In this document: piece by piece, positions 37,028-49,258 of the stretch
Numbering within the stretch: the first letter of the stretch is position 1
Layout: each line of letters opens with the position of its first letter
NCBI GenBank assembly: GCA_015680685.1
Contig: MNCI01002192.1
Span: 189,237 to 253,236, forward strand
DNA: 64,000 bases
Origin: Gnetum montanum
Taxonomy: Eukaryota; Plantae; Gnetophyta
Direction: 5' to 3'
Program-made: the position numbers and the translations under genes
Notes under the pieces: model-generated
What the model was told of the DNA's origin: nothing
The model's database searches: none
Seen by the model: only the letters and a program-made list of their open reading frames with translations

Positions 37028-38128
37028 TGTGATCTTCTTTATAGGTGTGAATGAACAATTAACATTGATAACCTTTACAACTAAATAGCAAGCAAGCCTA
37101 CATACTATCTCTCTCTTTCTCAATCTCTCTCTATGTTTGGCACAATGAATGAGTTGTAAGCTTTATAAAATTTGATGCACATCACATACATTTCTCAATG
37201 TTGCACTAGTGGTAACCTATGGTAGTCTATGGTTTTGGTAGTTGTCCCATGTAGCCTTATGTAATATTTTATAACAACATGTCTTCTTTATCTTGTTTCC
37301 TTGGAATTGTGCTTATAGGATAAAGTCTGGAATTCATCATGAAGGTGTAACTCATCATGACAGCAAGCCATCACATGACCTTGATGCATAAGATGTGGTT
37401 AGCTTCTCCTATTGTATCAATAGTGCTTATCTTATGTCACTTCCATTACCCTTATTAAGCCATAATCCCATATCCTAATTACAGCTTCATTATCCTAAGC
37501 AACAATGATGATCTATGTTTGACATGCATGCATAATGACCATGTAACATCCCTTTCATCTCATCATGCTACATCTTCAAGCTCATTGGGTGTAACACATT
37601 TCTTTTAATGAGAAAACCAAACTAAGTTTTGCCTTCACACTAAAACCCAATGAAGGTTTCACCAAATAAAAACTGGAGAAATAAATTGCCAAAGAATTCA
37701 TTAGGCCAATGAAGCTTAAAAGGCATATCAATAGCTCCAAACTAGCAAAGGAAGTCTAATGATCAAAGAATCCTTGGATCAGACTACTAATTTTTCAAGA
37801 ACATTACCAAGTAACCAACACTTTAAAGCACAAAGCATAAAGACTACACCAATTAACAAGCATGTCACTACCACACCATCACCATGATGTCAACATGTGG
37901 AATCCATTGTTAATCCCTATGACCATTCCCTTGTAACTAACTATAGCTTTTATCCTATATCATTCCATCATAACCCTATCTCATCATCAAAAGTACTCTT
38001 TGACATGGTTCGATAGCTACAGAATCAAATGTAGAGAGAAATGTTGGTGATAAACCTATGGTGATGTTTTGCATTCTTTATTGATGTCTCTTAGGTTAAT
38101 CCTCAAAACATCAACAAAGAGGAATAAA

Positions 38129-39360
38129 TGTAATACCATGAAGAAAATTCATGTTATAATCCATATCCAAAAACATTATAATTTGGTGTAAAATAATGGA
38201 AGATATAATTGCCTTATTTCTCCCAACACTTGGCATTGTAACCTTCACCATTGAACTTGAGGCAAGATCTTATTATAAAATGTGAAGGTTTTTAGTTCAC
38301 AAGCTACAATCTTATATAATTTAACTTATGGAGGCTAGAAAAGACTTCATAGGTTGTGATTGTCTCACTTTCTAACTAGAAAAAGTTATGTCATACATGT
38401 ATCTAGAGTTGGGAAGGTTGAAAATGCCTTAGGAGTCACCAAATTTGGGTTTTTTATGGGCTTTATGCTAGTCATAGCAATCTATGTGCTAAGATCACCT
38501 ACAACCAATGTATAAATTAATGGGCTTTAGTCTTCATGATGAGGCCAATGTATTTCTATGGAAGCTAGTGTATCTTGGTGAAGCTACCATACTTTTTGGG
38601 GAACCCAGGATATCTTTGATGGCCTTCATGCATCAAACTTACCAAAATGAAGAAATATGCTAGGTGTGAATGGCTTGCAAAATTAGAAATTTGTAGCAAT
38701 ATATCAGTAATCATGGAAAAAATTTACACTAATGAATCAAACTCCAATGACCTATGTAAATAAATCTTGACCATACTCAAAGGACATTTTGTAGAATTTA
38801 CATTTACCTTATCAAAGAGACTCTTAGAGTAGTGCGATTACTTGGAAGTCCAATAACTATTCATCTACCAATGAAGCAGATCTAGTAGCAAAGAACAAAA
38901 AAAAGAGATCTTTAGGAGTGAAACTTTAAAGCATCTAGATCATGAAACTAATTGTAGGACATACACTACTAGTTTCAATCAAGATTCAAGCATCTTCTAT
39001 GTAGCTCTTTGTGCATCATAGGCACATAAACTTGTACTCATTTGAACTTTTTCTTACAAAATTTTATTATTTTAATAAAATATGGAAGTTCATTTATGCA
39101 TTTCTAGTTTATTTTTGTTGGTATTGGATCTACAATTTTTATGAAAATCTATTTGCATATATTTTACAAATTCTAAGTTCTTGGGTGATTAAAAAGATTG
39201 TCCAAGGTGCTTCAAATCCATTTTTTTGAGGCCTATGAGATCTAAGGTTCAACTATTTCATCACAATTCTTTGGTTTTCTAGTGCTAAATTTTTCTAGTA
39301 TTATAAACATGATTCTTTTCCTTGAAATTATATTCCCCAAAATAATACCATCTTAGACCA
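38129..39360 (+). repeat. 3' LTR of element B (right end approximate)
   Basis: TGTAATACC follows the decayed hairpin/PPT; similar to the inverted LTR of D. Confidence 0.6.
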
Positions 39361-39969
39361 TTAAGTGGCTTTTTTATGAGCTGAGATGTAGCTTTGTTTC
39401 TACACATTGATTTAGTACCTTCTTCAAAGAGTCCAGTTGGTTGCAACTATAAAATTAGGTCCCTCAAAAATTAAAAATCCTAGGCTATAAAAGACTATCC
39501 TTGAATCCCAAGCACCTTCAAAAAAATAGGATTCAAGGTACGCTAGATGTTGTTATCGATCACCCAGGGATTTACAAAGTTTAAATGGAAATAAAAATAG
39601 GAATAGAATTACAGATTCAAACAAAAATAAAATTAACACTAAAATTAAACTTCAAACCAAATATGCACTACAAATGAACATAAAACTTTATTGAATAAAA
39701 GTGTAAATCTCAAAGAGTACAGATGGGTGCTCAAAGCATAAGTTAGCTTTAATGGAATTTGAAGCCTATTGAAGTTAGTAGGTTATGTTCTATAGTTAGT
39801 CTCCAACACTAGGGTTTGTGGTGACAACACTAGGTGTTATTGTTGCAAAGTAAAAATCAAATACTATCTATACCAGGGGTAGATGGATTTAGTGTAGCTG
39901 AGGCTATACCTCTACAAAAACCCATGAAAATGCCAAATTTGGCAGTCCTTAAAAAACTTCTATCCTTTC

Positions 39970-42880
39970 TGTTGGCGACCGTTTGGGACGCGACCACCAA
40001 CGAGTGTCCTCGAACAAGATTNCTGAGGCTATACCTCTACAAAAACCCATGAAAATGCCAAATTTGGCNNNNNNNNNNNNNNNNNNNNNNNNNNNNNNNN
40101 NNNNNNNNNNNNNNNNNNNNNNNNNNNNNNNNNNNNNNNNNNNNNNNNNNNNNNNNNNNNNNNNNNNNNNNNNNNNNNNNNNNNNNNNNNNNNNNNNNNN
40201 NNNNNNNNNNNNNNNNNNNNNNNNNNNNNNNNNNNNNNNNNNNNNNNNNNNNNNNNNNNNNNNNNNNNNNNNNNNNNNNNNNNNNNNNNNNNNNNNNNNN
40301 NNNNNNNNNNNNNNNNNNNNNNNNNNNNNNNNNNNNNNNNNNNNNNNNNNNNNNNNNNNNNNNNNNNNNNNNNNNNNNNNNNNNNNNNNNNNNNNNNNNN
40401 NNNNNNNNNNNNNNNNNNNNNNNNNNNNNNNNNNNNNNNNNNNNNNNNNNNNNNNNNNNNNNNNNNNNNNNNNNNNNNNNNNNNNNNNNNNNNNNNNNNN
40501 NNNNNNNNNNNNNNNNNNNNNNNNNNNNNNNNNNNNNNNNNNNNNNNNNNNNNNNNNNNNNNNNNNNNNNNNNNNNNNNNNNNNNNNNNNNNNNNNNNNN
40601 NNNNNNNNNNNNNNNNNNNNNNNNNNNNNNNNNNNNNNNNNNNNNNNNNNNNNNNNNNNNNNNNNNNNNNNNNNNNNNNNNNNNNNNNNNNNNNNNNNNN
40701 NNNNNNNNNNNNNNNNNNNNNNNNNNNNNNNNNNNNNNNNNNNNNNNNNNNNNNNNNNNNNNNNNNNNNNNNNNNNNNNNNNNNNNNNNNNNNNNNNNNN
40801 NNNNNNNNNNNNNNNNNNNNNNNNNNNNNNNNNNNNNNNNNNNNNNNNNNNNNNNNNNNNNNNNNNNNNNNNNNNNNNNNNNNNNNNNNNNNNNNNNNNN
40901 NNNNNNNNNNNNNNNNNNNNNNNNNNNNNNNNNNNNNNNNNNNNNNNNNNNNNNNNNNNNNNNNNNNNNNNNNNNNNNNNNNNNNNNNNNNNNNNNNNNN
41001 NNNNNNNNNNNNNNNNNNNNNNNNNNNNNNNNNNNNNNNNNNNNNNNNNNNNNNCTTCTCTCCCAAGTAACTTGGCCAACCAATTAGAAGATTACTTGGC
41101 CAACAAGTTGGGAAGATTACTTGCCCAACAAGTTAGGTAAGTTACAACAATTTTGGGTGGTTGCAACCACCAAAGAGATAAAAAAGGCTATAATTTAGTT
41201 ATAAATTTTATAGTTAAATAAAAGGGATAATAGCCAAATGTTTCCTTTCATAAGATATTACATGAATATCTCATAATTGTTCTATCCTTTCCCTTTTAAA
41301 TCATAAAAATATTTTATTTCATATAGTGATGGGGATAGTAACCATGGATTCGATGTATGGGTTGATGTGTTAATATATGTATATATTTGAATGCATAAGT
41401 GGAGTTGTAATGTTAATTTGTAGCATCCTTAATGTAATCTAATCTAATTGGGAAATTACTTGTAAGTCTTGCTTAGAAAAATGTTTGGCTAAAGATTAGA
41501 ACTTAATCTAGCCTAATTTAATTTAATTTAAGTTCCTAAGTGTTACTAAGCTCTAAGATTTTATAAAAATCCAACATAATCTTCCTCTTATTGGTAGTAG
41601 CGGTGGTTAATTTTTATCTTGCATCCGATAATGGTGATTAAAATTCGGAATAACCCGAAATACAAGCCCAAAGGCAAAGCCACCGATTCTGCAACAGATT
41701 CAAAATATCTTCTTTGATCAAACACGTTCCAGCAACTGCCTTCATAGGAGAAGACTCTGCCGCCATATCAGGAAACGTTGCCATGTGTTCCATCTCGATC
41801 AGCAACTGTTGTAACCTCTGCTTCTTGAAAATACCTGCAAGTTTTGATGTAATTTTTGGCTCTGCAATTTCGGTCGTCCCTCTGTTACGGTGGCCTACGC
41901 TCAGATCGGCAAGTAAACAGGCAACAACTTCAATGGCAAAGGCCAGATTGGTTCGGTACTTGTGGCGGATGCAACAATATCAGTAATAACAATGATGGTC
42001 ATAGATGGTTCTTAGCGCTAAAGGTTTCGGGTCTCTGTTCAATGCCCCTTTTTTTTTAATTTTTGTCAGTTGGAGCCATAAAAATGCTGCAAGTGTTGAA
42101 TAATCAGCAACGCTGCAAGGTCGTTTCAAGTCTTCAACCAGGGATAGAGCTTTCAGCTTGTGATAGCTCTTGATTCAATTTTAACAGCAACATTTCCATG
42201 ATCGCACGCGTTTTTTTTAATGCTGAGCTAAATCTTTGGGCTTGACTGATAATTTTTTTTTGGGGCGGGCTGCTAATTTTCTTTTCTATGAATGTAGGTG
42301 TAAGTGTAGATACCGTTTTAGTTGCCCTTTTCGCCTGTGCACAGCGCACGCCGTCTCCGCCGTCTTTGTTTCTTCATGTGCCAATTGCTTGCCTTCGGAT
42401 CTGACCCCTTTGTGTTGAATTTTTGCGTCATTCGTTCTTGTAATCTGCATGTAGTTTGTTCCTGCTCCATCGGTGGCCATTATTATATTTTTTTTTATCT
42501 TCTTCATGGCATTTTTTTGCCTCTTCCATGTGCAGGGCTTTATCGCTAATACAACGGCCAATTTAACCGCACTTTCCTGTTGCTATGACCACCGAATCGG
42601 ACCCTTTGATAATCCGATTTTTGATAATGTATTCAATATTAACAGGGGATATATTCTTTAGTAATAAATAATCCCATCCTTAGTTTTTTTTCCTTTACCC
42701 CAATCTTTATAACTTGACATTTTAGCTCTATGTTCTAGAACACTTCAACATCAAGATTATTTATCATTGGCTTGCTTCCCATCAACTCACAATATTAAAC
42801 TGCAAATCTATAACCAGAGATTGTGCTCACTTTGAACAAAATGTTCCAACTATTCCATGTAATGGCCAAATGTGCCAACA
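39970..42880 (-). repeat. 3' LTR of element C (contains an N gap)
   Basis: TGTTGGCGACC...TGTGCCAACA, matching 49259-52345. Confidence 0.93.
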
Positions 42881-42892
42881 TTTCTGCCCCCT
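42881..42892 (-). promoter_or_regulatory. Polypurine tract of C
   Basis: AGGGGGCAGAAA on the minus strand abutting the LTR. Confidence 0.85.
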
Positions 42893-43076
42893 TAAAAACT
42901 TAAAGAACTTGTGTAACTACATTTCAAGCTGAAACATACTGAAATTTTCATTGAATTTTTACATTCAAAAGAAATCTTTTTTTGAGGAAAATTCCCATTT
43001 AACATAAGGTGCAATGGGATAAGAACCTCATTCCTAAGAAAAATCATAAACTGTACATCATCAAGTCCTTCATGGA

Positions 43077-43589
43077 CTATTCTTGAGATGGAAACTGAAT
43101 TGTGAGGGTTACCTTAGTGGGAATCCTCATCTCCTTCACTTTTTCATAGGAGATTTCTGATGTGATGTAGGCGATATTGTTGTCTTCTTGTTTGGTGGAG
43201 CTCTCACCTTGATCTAGTGGAGTTTTCTCTTCAACCTTTTCCTCATTTTCTTGTTTAGAAGAGCTCTTTTGTTCTTCTCCATTGACTCCTTCATTTTCCT
43301 CTTGAGAGACCAAAGCTTCTCCCCATCCCCATGATGACTCTCCATAAGTTGGTAGCTCTTCTTCTTTTTCTTCTTCTTTGGAGCAATCTTGATATTGCCC
43401 CCAAACATTGGACTCTATATCCAAACCCCAAGTGAGAAAAGAAAATTCATTAGATAGCCAAGCCATAAAAGGGCATTCCTTTGGAGCTCCACAAGATCTA
43501 GCCTTTAGATAAGCCTTCAATACATGTTTAGGGTAACATCCCATCACATATGGAATAAAAGGCTTTCTCATTGCTCTCTTAAACTCCAT
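43077..43589 (-). CDS. Extra sense ORF (170 aa, acidic C-terminal half) between pol and the 3' LTR of C; function unknown
   Basis: Open ATG-initiated frame preceded by CCTATAAAAGG at ~43658-43668 (-). Confidence 0.5.
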   Translation of the reverse strand: MEFKRAMRKPFIPYVMGCYPKHVLKAYLKARSCGAPKECPFMAWLSNEFSFLTWGLDIESNVWGQYQDCSKEEEKEEELPTYGESSWGWGEALVSQEENEGVNGEEQKSSSKQENEEKVEEKTPLDQGESSTKQEDNNIAYITSEISYEKVKEMRIPTKVTLTIQFPSQE

Positions 43590-43931
43590 TAGCTCTCTCT
43601 AACCTTCACTACCAAACTTGAAATGAAAGATGATGAAATCTTAAGCAATCTAACCCTCCTTTTATAGGTGCTAAAAATTTGAACTCCCATCCAAGTGTCT
43701 TCAACCAAGCTTCCTTCTTTTTAGGAATTTAAAACATTTGTCACAATCCTCACCAAGTGGTGAATGAGTCACTCTCCCCACTTGTCAAACTTGTAGAATT
43801 CCACTTGTTTTACTTATAGGCTTCCACTTGCCCCATTTGAAGGAAAGATAATGTTTCAAATATAAATAAAGCATAATTACTAGTAATATTTACATGATAC
43901 TATATACATATATTATTTTTGTGTAATGACA

Positions 43932-46900
43932 TCAAGTTGTATGCAATTGTCCCAAATAATGTTTTATATGCAAAACATTATATGGAAATTGCAATTCCAT
44001 ACCATTCAAGGTTGATAATTTGTAAGTATCTTCTGACAATTGCTTTGTAATTTGAAAGGGACCAGTCCATGTCGGTGTAAACTTATTTGGTTTCTTCATA
44101 TTCCATAACAGGACAAGGTCTCCTATTTTGAAAGTTCTTTTCAAAGATTTTCTATCAAACCATCTTTTAACATGAGAGGTATTCTATAACAAATTATCCC
44201 TTGCTTTATCTACTTCACCTTCTCTTTTAATAAGCAAAGTCATGAAACTTCTATCTTTATTAATCTTTTCACTATATCTTTGTACAAATTCAGAAGCTAA
44301 GCTTATAATCTTGTTTGTAATTTTTTCTAGCAAACCATAGACTAAGTTATATGGTGATGTTCCAATAGCTTTCTTGAATCTAATCCGGTCTGTCCATAAT
44401 GCTGATTGTAGATAATCAATTCAATTTCCTCGATTCCCATCCATTGATTTCTTGATATAAGTGACAAGCTTTTTATTGGTGGATTCTGCTAGGCCATTTC
44501 CTTGAGGATAATAATTTGATGAAGAAAATAAGAAAATGGATTTTGCAGATGCCCATCTGATAAACTCTTNNNNNNNNNNNNNNNNNNNNNNNNNNNNNNN
44601 NNNNNNNNNNNNNNNNNNNNNNNNNNNNNNNNNNNNNNNNNNNNNNNNNNNNNNNNNNNNNNNNNNNNNNNNNNNNNNNNNNNNNNNNNNNNNNNNNNNN
44701 NNNNNNNNNNNNNNNNNNNNNNNNNNNNNNNNNNNNNNNNNNNNNNNNNNNNNNNNNNNNNNNNNNNNNNNNNNNNNNNNNNNNNNNNNNNNNNNNNNNN
44801 NNNNNNNNNNNNNNNNNNNNNNNNNNNNNNNNNNNNNNNNNNNNNNNNNNNNNNNNNNNNNNNNNNNNNNNNNNNNNNNNNNNNNNNNNNNNNNNNNNNN
44901 NNNNNNNNNNNNNNNNNNNNNNNNNNNNNNNNNNNNNNNNNNNNNNNNNNNNNNNNNNNNNNNNNNNNNNNNNNNNNNNNNNNNNNNNNNNNNNNNNNNN
45001 NNNNNNNNNNNNNNNNNNNNNNNNNNNNNNNNNGTTCAATTAGCATAATGTGAACTAATGAACTTTCCAAATAATATTTAAAATGCTGAAGTGCCTTGAT
45101 GACTGTGAAAGCTTGTTTCTCTAAGTCTGAGTAATTTAACTTTGAACCTTTCAACTGATACCCAAAAAATCCAATTGGTTCATCTTGACCTTCACTCTCT
45201 TTTTGTGTAAGAACAGCGACGATAGAATCATTTGAAGCAAAAGAGTATAACCAAAAATCTTCTTTAAGTCTATGCTTTACCAAATATGGAGCCTCTTGTA
45301 TAGCCTTTTTAATTTCTGATAAAGCTCTCTCTGATTCTGGTGTTTTCTCTACTTGGACATCTTTTTTTAGCATATGCAGCAAAGGTTTGGTAATTTCAGT
45401 GAATCCGAGGATGAACTTTTTCACAAAGTTTATCTTCCCAAAGAAAGATCTAAGAGATTTCTTACTTGTGGGATGCTCAATATTCTGTACTGCTTGAATT
45501 CAGGAATTGTCTATGGCAATCCCTTCTTGACATATCACATGGCCTAATAGATTTCCAGATTTAACCCTGAAGATACACTTCTTAGGATTCAATGAAATAC
45601 TAAACTCACGACATCTGTCAAAAACTTGCTGGAGATGATCGATATGATCTTCTTTTTTCTTTGAAAATACTATAATATCATCCAAATAAACCACCACGAA
45701 TTTTCCTAGTAAATCCTTAAATGCTAAATCCATTGCTCTTTGAAAAGTAGCTCCGGCATTTGACAATCCGAATAACATTCTTTGGTAAGCGAAAGTTCCC
45801 CACTTGGTGATAAATGCTGTTTTGAATCTATCATACTTATCTACCACGATTTGATTATAACCTGAGAAACCGTTTAGAAAGGAATATACTTGACAACCTG
45901 AGACTTTAATAAGCATCTCATCAATTCTTGGAAGTGGATATTTATCTTTCTTTGAAGCATCATTTAAATTTCTAAAGTCTACACAAAGTCGTATATCACC
46001 GTTTTTCTTCTTTACTAGGACAAGGTTAGCAAGCCATGTCGAATATCGTACTGGATATATGATTTTTGCTTGCAACAACTTCTTGATTTCAGCTTCCATA
46101 GCTGGTTCGAACGATGGATTAAACTTCCTTTATTTTTGCTTAACTATTTTGCAACCTTCTATTAAAGGAATCTTATGAGTCATCACATCTTGCCGAAAAT
46201 CTTTAAGATCATCATAAGACCAAGCAAAATTGTCCAAATTTCTTCTTAGACATGTTAACAACTCTTGCTTGAAATTTGAATCTCTCTCCTTTGTAACATT
46301 TAGCATCTTCGACATATTGTCTATTCCAAAATTCACTGTCTCGAAAGCTTGTCTACTTGGGTTTTGTATGTCCTTTCCAGTAAGTAAATTTTTCTTGAAT
46401 TCATCTTCCAAATCAATCATCCTTTTTGGAATGAAATTAGATTTTGAATTTGAAGGCATTTCAGATATCACTTGACCCTCAAATTCTTGTTTATTTTTCA
46501 TAAATCTTAGTACTTGGTCATCATCTTCAAATACTTGCAAATGTCTTATATTGTCTGGTACTGATGGTTGTTGTTCTTCTTCAATCATGACATCTTTGTA
46601 ACCTTCTAATATTTGCATATCCAACGTTGAAGCTACTTTTGCCAAATCGTCTGCTATAAGATTCTCTGCTCTATTTACATGCTTTATTTGACAATGTTGA
46701 AACTGATCTAACAGCTTACAAGCAAGTTGCTTATAAGGTCTTAAGAATGAGCTCTTTACAACACAGTTACCTTTTACTTGTTCACAGACTATTCTTGAGT
46801 CTTCTTTTATAGTGATTTCTTTGATCTTTTTATCTAGAGCTATTCTCATACCAATGCATAAAGCTTCATACTCAGCCTTGTTGTTAGTACAAGGGAAAGA

Positions 46901-49141
46901 TAAATGAATTGCCTTGAGAATTTCAGGTGTACCATTCTTGAATATAACTATTCTGACTCCTGCATCCTTTGAATTACATGAACCATCAAAGTATAACTCC
47001 CATTTATCTTCTTGCTTTGATTGTTCTTTTTCAGAATTATAACTTTCTTGGAGTGTACAAATTTTATTTTCAACACCTCCTTTTTCAACCATCTTACTTC
47101 TTCCATTTGAAGTAATATTATCAATCATCATAGGTTCACTATAGATGTATATCTGATTTGGTTCTCCTTTCCAAGATAACCACATGTGAGAATAATCTGT
47201 TGATATGTAACCAGAGAAATTCTTGCTCCAACTTCTACTCAATAAGAGACTATGTGAATCTGGTATGTCTGCCACTTGAATAGTTACTCTACTTCTGATA
47301 TGGGGTTCAGAAGCAATTTCCAATAGAACATTTGGCAATTGACCCACCATCTTCACTCTACTTTTATCTACTTGAACAATCTTCCTATTTGATTTTTCAG
47401 GAATCAAACCAAGTTTCTTACATATAGACAATGACATTATAGTAGACGTAGCTCCGGAATCAACCAAACAATTGTGTAAGAATTTATCCTTTAATTTCAT
47501 TGTGAAAAGGAAAGGAGGAGCTTCCTTATCATATGAAGTCTTCAATTTCTCATCATTACTAGACACATAACTTAACTCTGATTCTCTAACTCTCCTTTTA
47601 CCTTTAATGAACTCCAAAGCCTTTCTTTGCTGATCTCCTATTTGAAGCAATTGGTAAAAGCTAATATTGGCTTTGACATGTTTAAGGTCTTCTATCAAAT
47701 CATACTGTCGATCACCAATAAAGCTTGGTTTCTTTATCCATTTATTAAAAGATTGATTTGGAGTGCTTTGCTCTACTTGATTGTCTTTACCTTTATTCTT
47801 ATCTCTTATATTTGGCTCAAAAGCTTTTCTCTTAGTAGATGGATCAGTAATAACATTTGGGGGTCTAGAAGTAGTTAGTCTTTCCTTAGATCGAAGACTA
47901 TATCCATTTTCCTCATTGTTATTACATTCTTCATCTGAAGACATATCTTCTTCAGAACTTGATAGAGAAGAAGTATCGCTAGATCCATTGCTAGAAGATT
48001 TACTTGCATAATGAACACTAGATAACTCATTATCAGATTCAATATCAAGAAAGTTGGACATAATAAGGTCACTTTCATCCTCATCTTCTACTAACTTAGT
48101 GTCTTGATGTTTATGCTTTCTATTTTTCCTTTCTTCCTTGATATTAACTCTTGCCAATGCTTTTTCAAGCTTCACTATTTTGTTAGACATATCTCTCATT
48201 AATTGTCCTTTTTCAGATCCTACTCTTTCATGTTCTTGCTCTATCTTAACATGAGATGGACCTGGTAAAGCTTTAAATTGAGCAAAATCTTGCATAGGAA
48301 TCATAACTCTTTCTTCTCTTTTTTGAATTGCAATATTTTCTTCAGGATTCAAGTTCAACTATTTTTCTAACTGTATAGCTTCACTAAAGTAGTCATTTAG
48401 TGTAGTTAAGTTTGGAGTTCTCCTTAACCAAATTGAAATGTTGGGGTTGACAGCCTTAAGATAAGTTTCTTTAAGCATTTCTTCTGATGGCCTATATTGT
48501 CTTTGAAAGAGTCCACAAATTCGTTGAAACTTGATGTTAAAATCTCTAATTGACTCTTTAACTCCTTGCTTAGCTTGTATCAGCCCACAGTATAGTTGTT
48601 GTTGATCTAATTGATTACCAAACTGGGCTAAGAAAAGATTCTTCATGTCATCCCAACTTGTAATACTATTACTTGGTAAGTTTGAATACCAAATCTGAGC
48701 CATATCCTTTAGATTTGATACAAACAACCTACAAGCTTGATCTTGATGTTGAATATTTGCATGAGCTAAAGCTAACTCAAACATGTGAATATATTCTTCA
48801 GCTAAATAAGCTTTTCCAGGAATAAAAGGCTCAGGCAAATATTTGTAAACTACCTTAGGAATATCATTGTAATTTTGAAATCCTAATGGTGTAACTCCTT
48901 GCCAAGGATTTGCCATCCTATTCCTTTGAAATATTGAACTCTTAGACTTTCTAGATCTTCTCTTACGAATTGATAAACCAGAGATAATGGGTGATCTTCT
49001 TGATCTTCTAGTTTTCACTCCACTACTTGTTCCCAATTCAGAAACTTTCTTTTGTTCTTCTTCTGATGAAGAATCAGTCTTAGAATCTAGAATATCTTTT
49101 GAAACTTTGAAACTTTCCAAACTATGAAATTTCTTGGTCAT
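43932..49141 (-). pseudogene. gag-pol: gag-pol of C (Gag, protease, aRH, RT, RH, INT) with a few point stops and an N gap
   Basis: Gag AQIWYSNLP..ITSW; PR CLVDSGATST; aRH LYFDGS, TNNKAEYEAL, DSR, ENLIADDLA; RT CVDFRNLN, YLDD; RH NYSDLEKQAF; INT end WTGPFQI. ORFs from 49141 to 45034 share one frame. Confidence 0.93.
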
Positions 49142-49234
49142 GAACTGAAAATAGTATCTAATTCTTAAGCCTTACAAATAATTGTTGATGTACTAAAAGT
49201 ATAAGGCTTATGAACCTAGAGGCTTAATTTTCAG

Positions 49235-49251
49235 CCCTCCTTCTAGCGCCA
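49235..49251 (-). promoter_or_regulatory. Primer binding site complementary to plant tRNA-Asn(GTT)
   Basis: TGGCGCTAGAAGGAGGG, 7 nt from the 5' LTR. From memory, plant tRNA-Asn ends CCCTCCTTCTAGCG-CCA. Confidence 0.85.
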
Positions 49252-49258
49252 AAAGAAC

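Larger units (their letters stand above)
8346..39360 (+). mobile_element. Tat-lineage LTR retrotransposon B (interrupted by A at its 5' side and by the PLE chain)
   Basis: Protease remnant, long spacer, pol at 33885-37027, PPT ~38116-38128, LTR from 38129. Linking the protease to this pol is inferred from collinearity with D and the absence of an intervening LTR. Confidence 0.65.

Noticed and set aside
40022-40068. Short duplication of ~39898-39943 inside LTR C
   Set aside because: Bounded by N characters; likely a scaffolding artefact.
39949-41140. Long ORFs in the track here and at 44473-45048
   Set aside because: They consist of N-gap sequence.
41714-42661. Short ORFs within LTR C as genes
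   Set aside because: No recognisable domain, and ORF boundaries differ between the two LTR copies.
48359-48361. Programmed gag/pol stop-codon readthrough in C
   Set aside because: The TAG is equally explained by CAG>TAG deamination, like the in-frame TAA (46130) and TGA (45500) stops.
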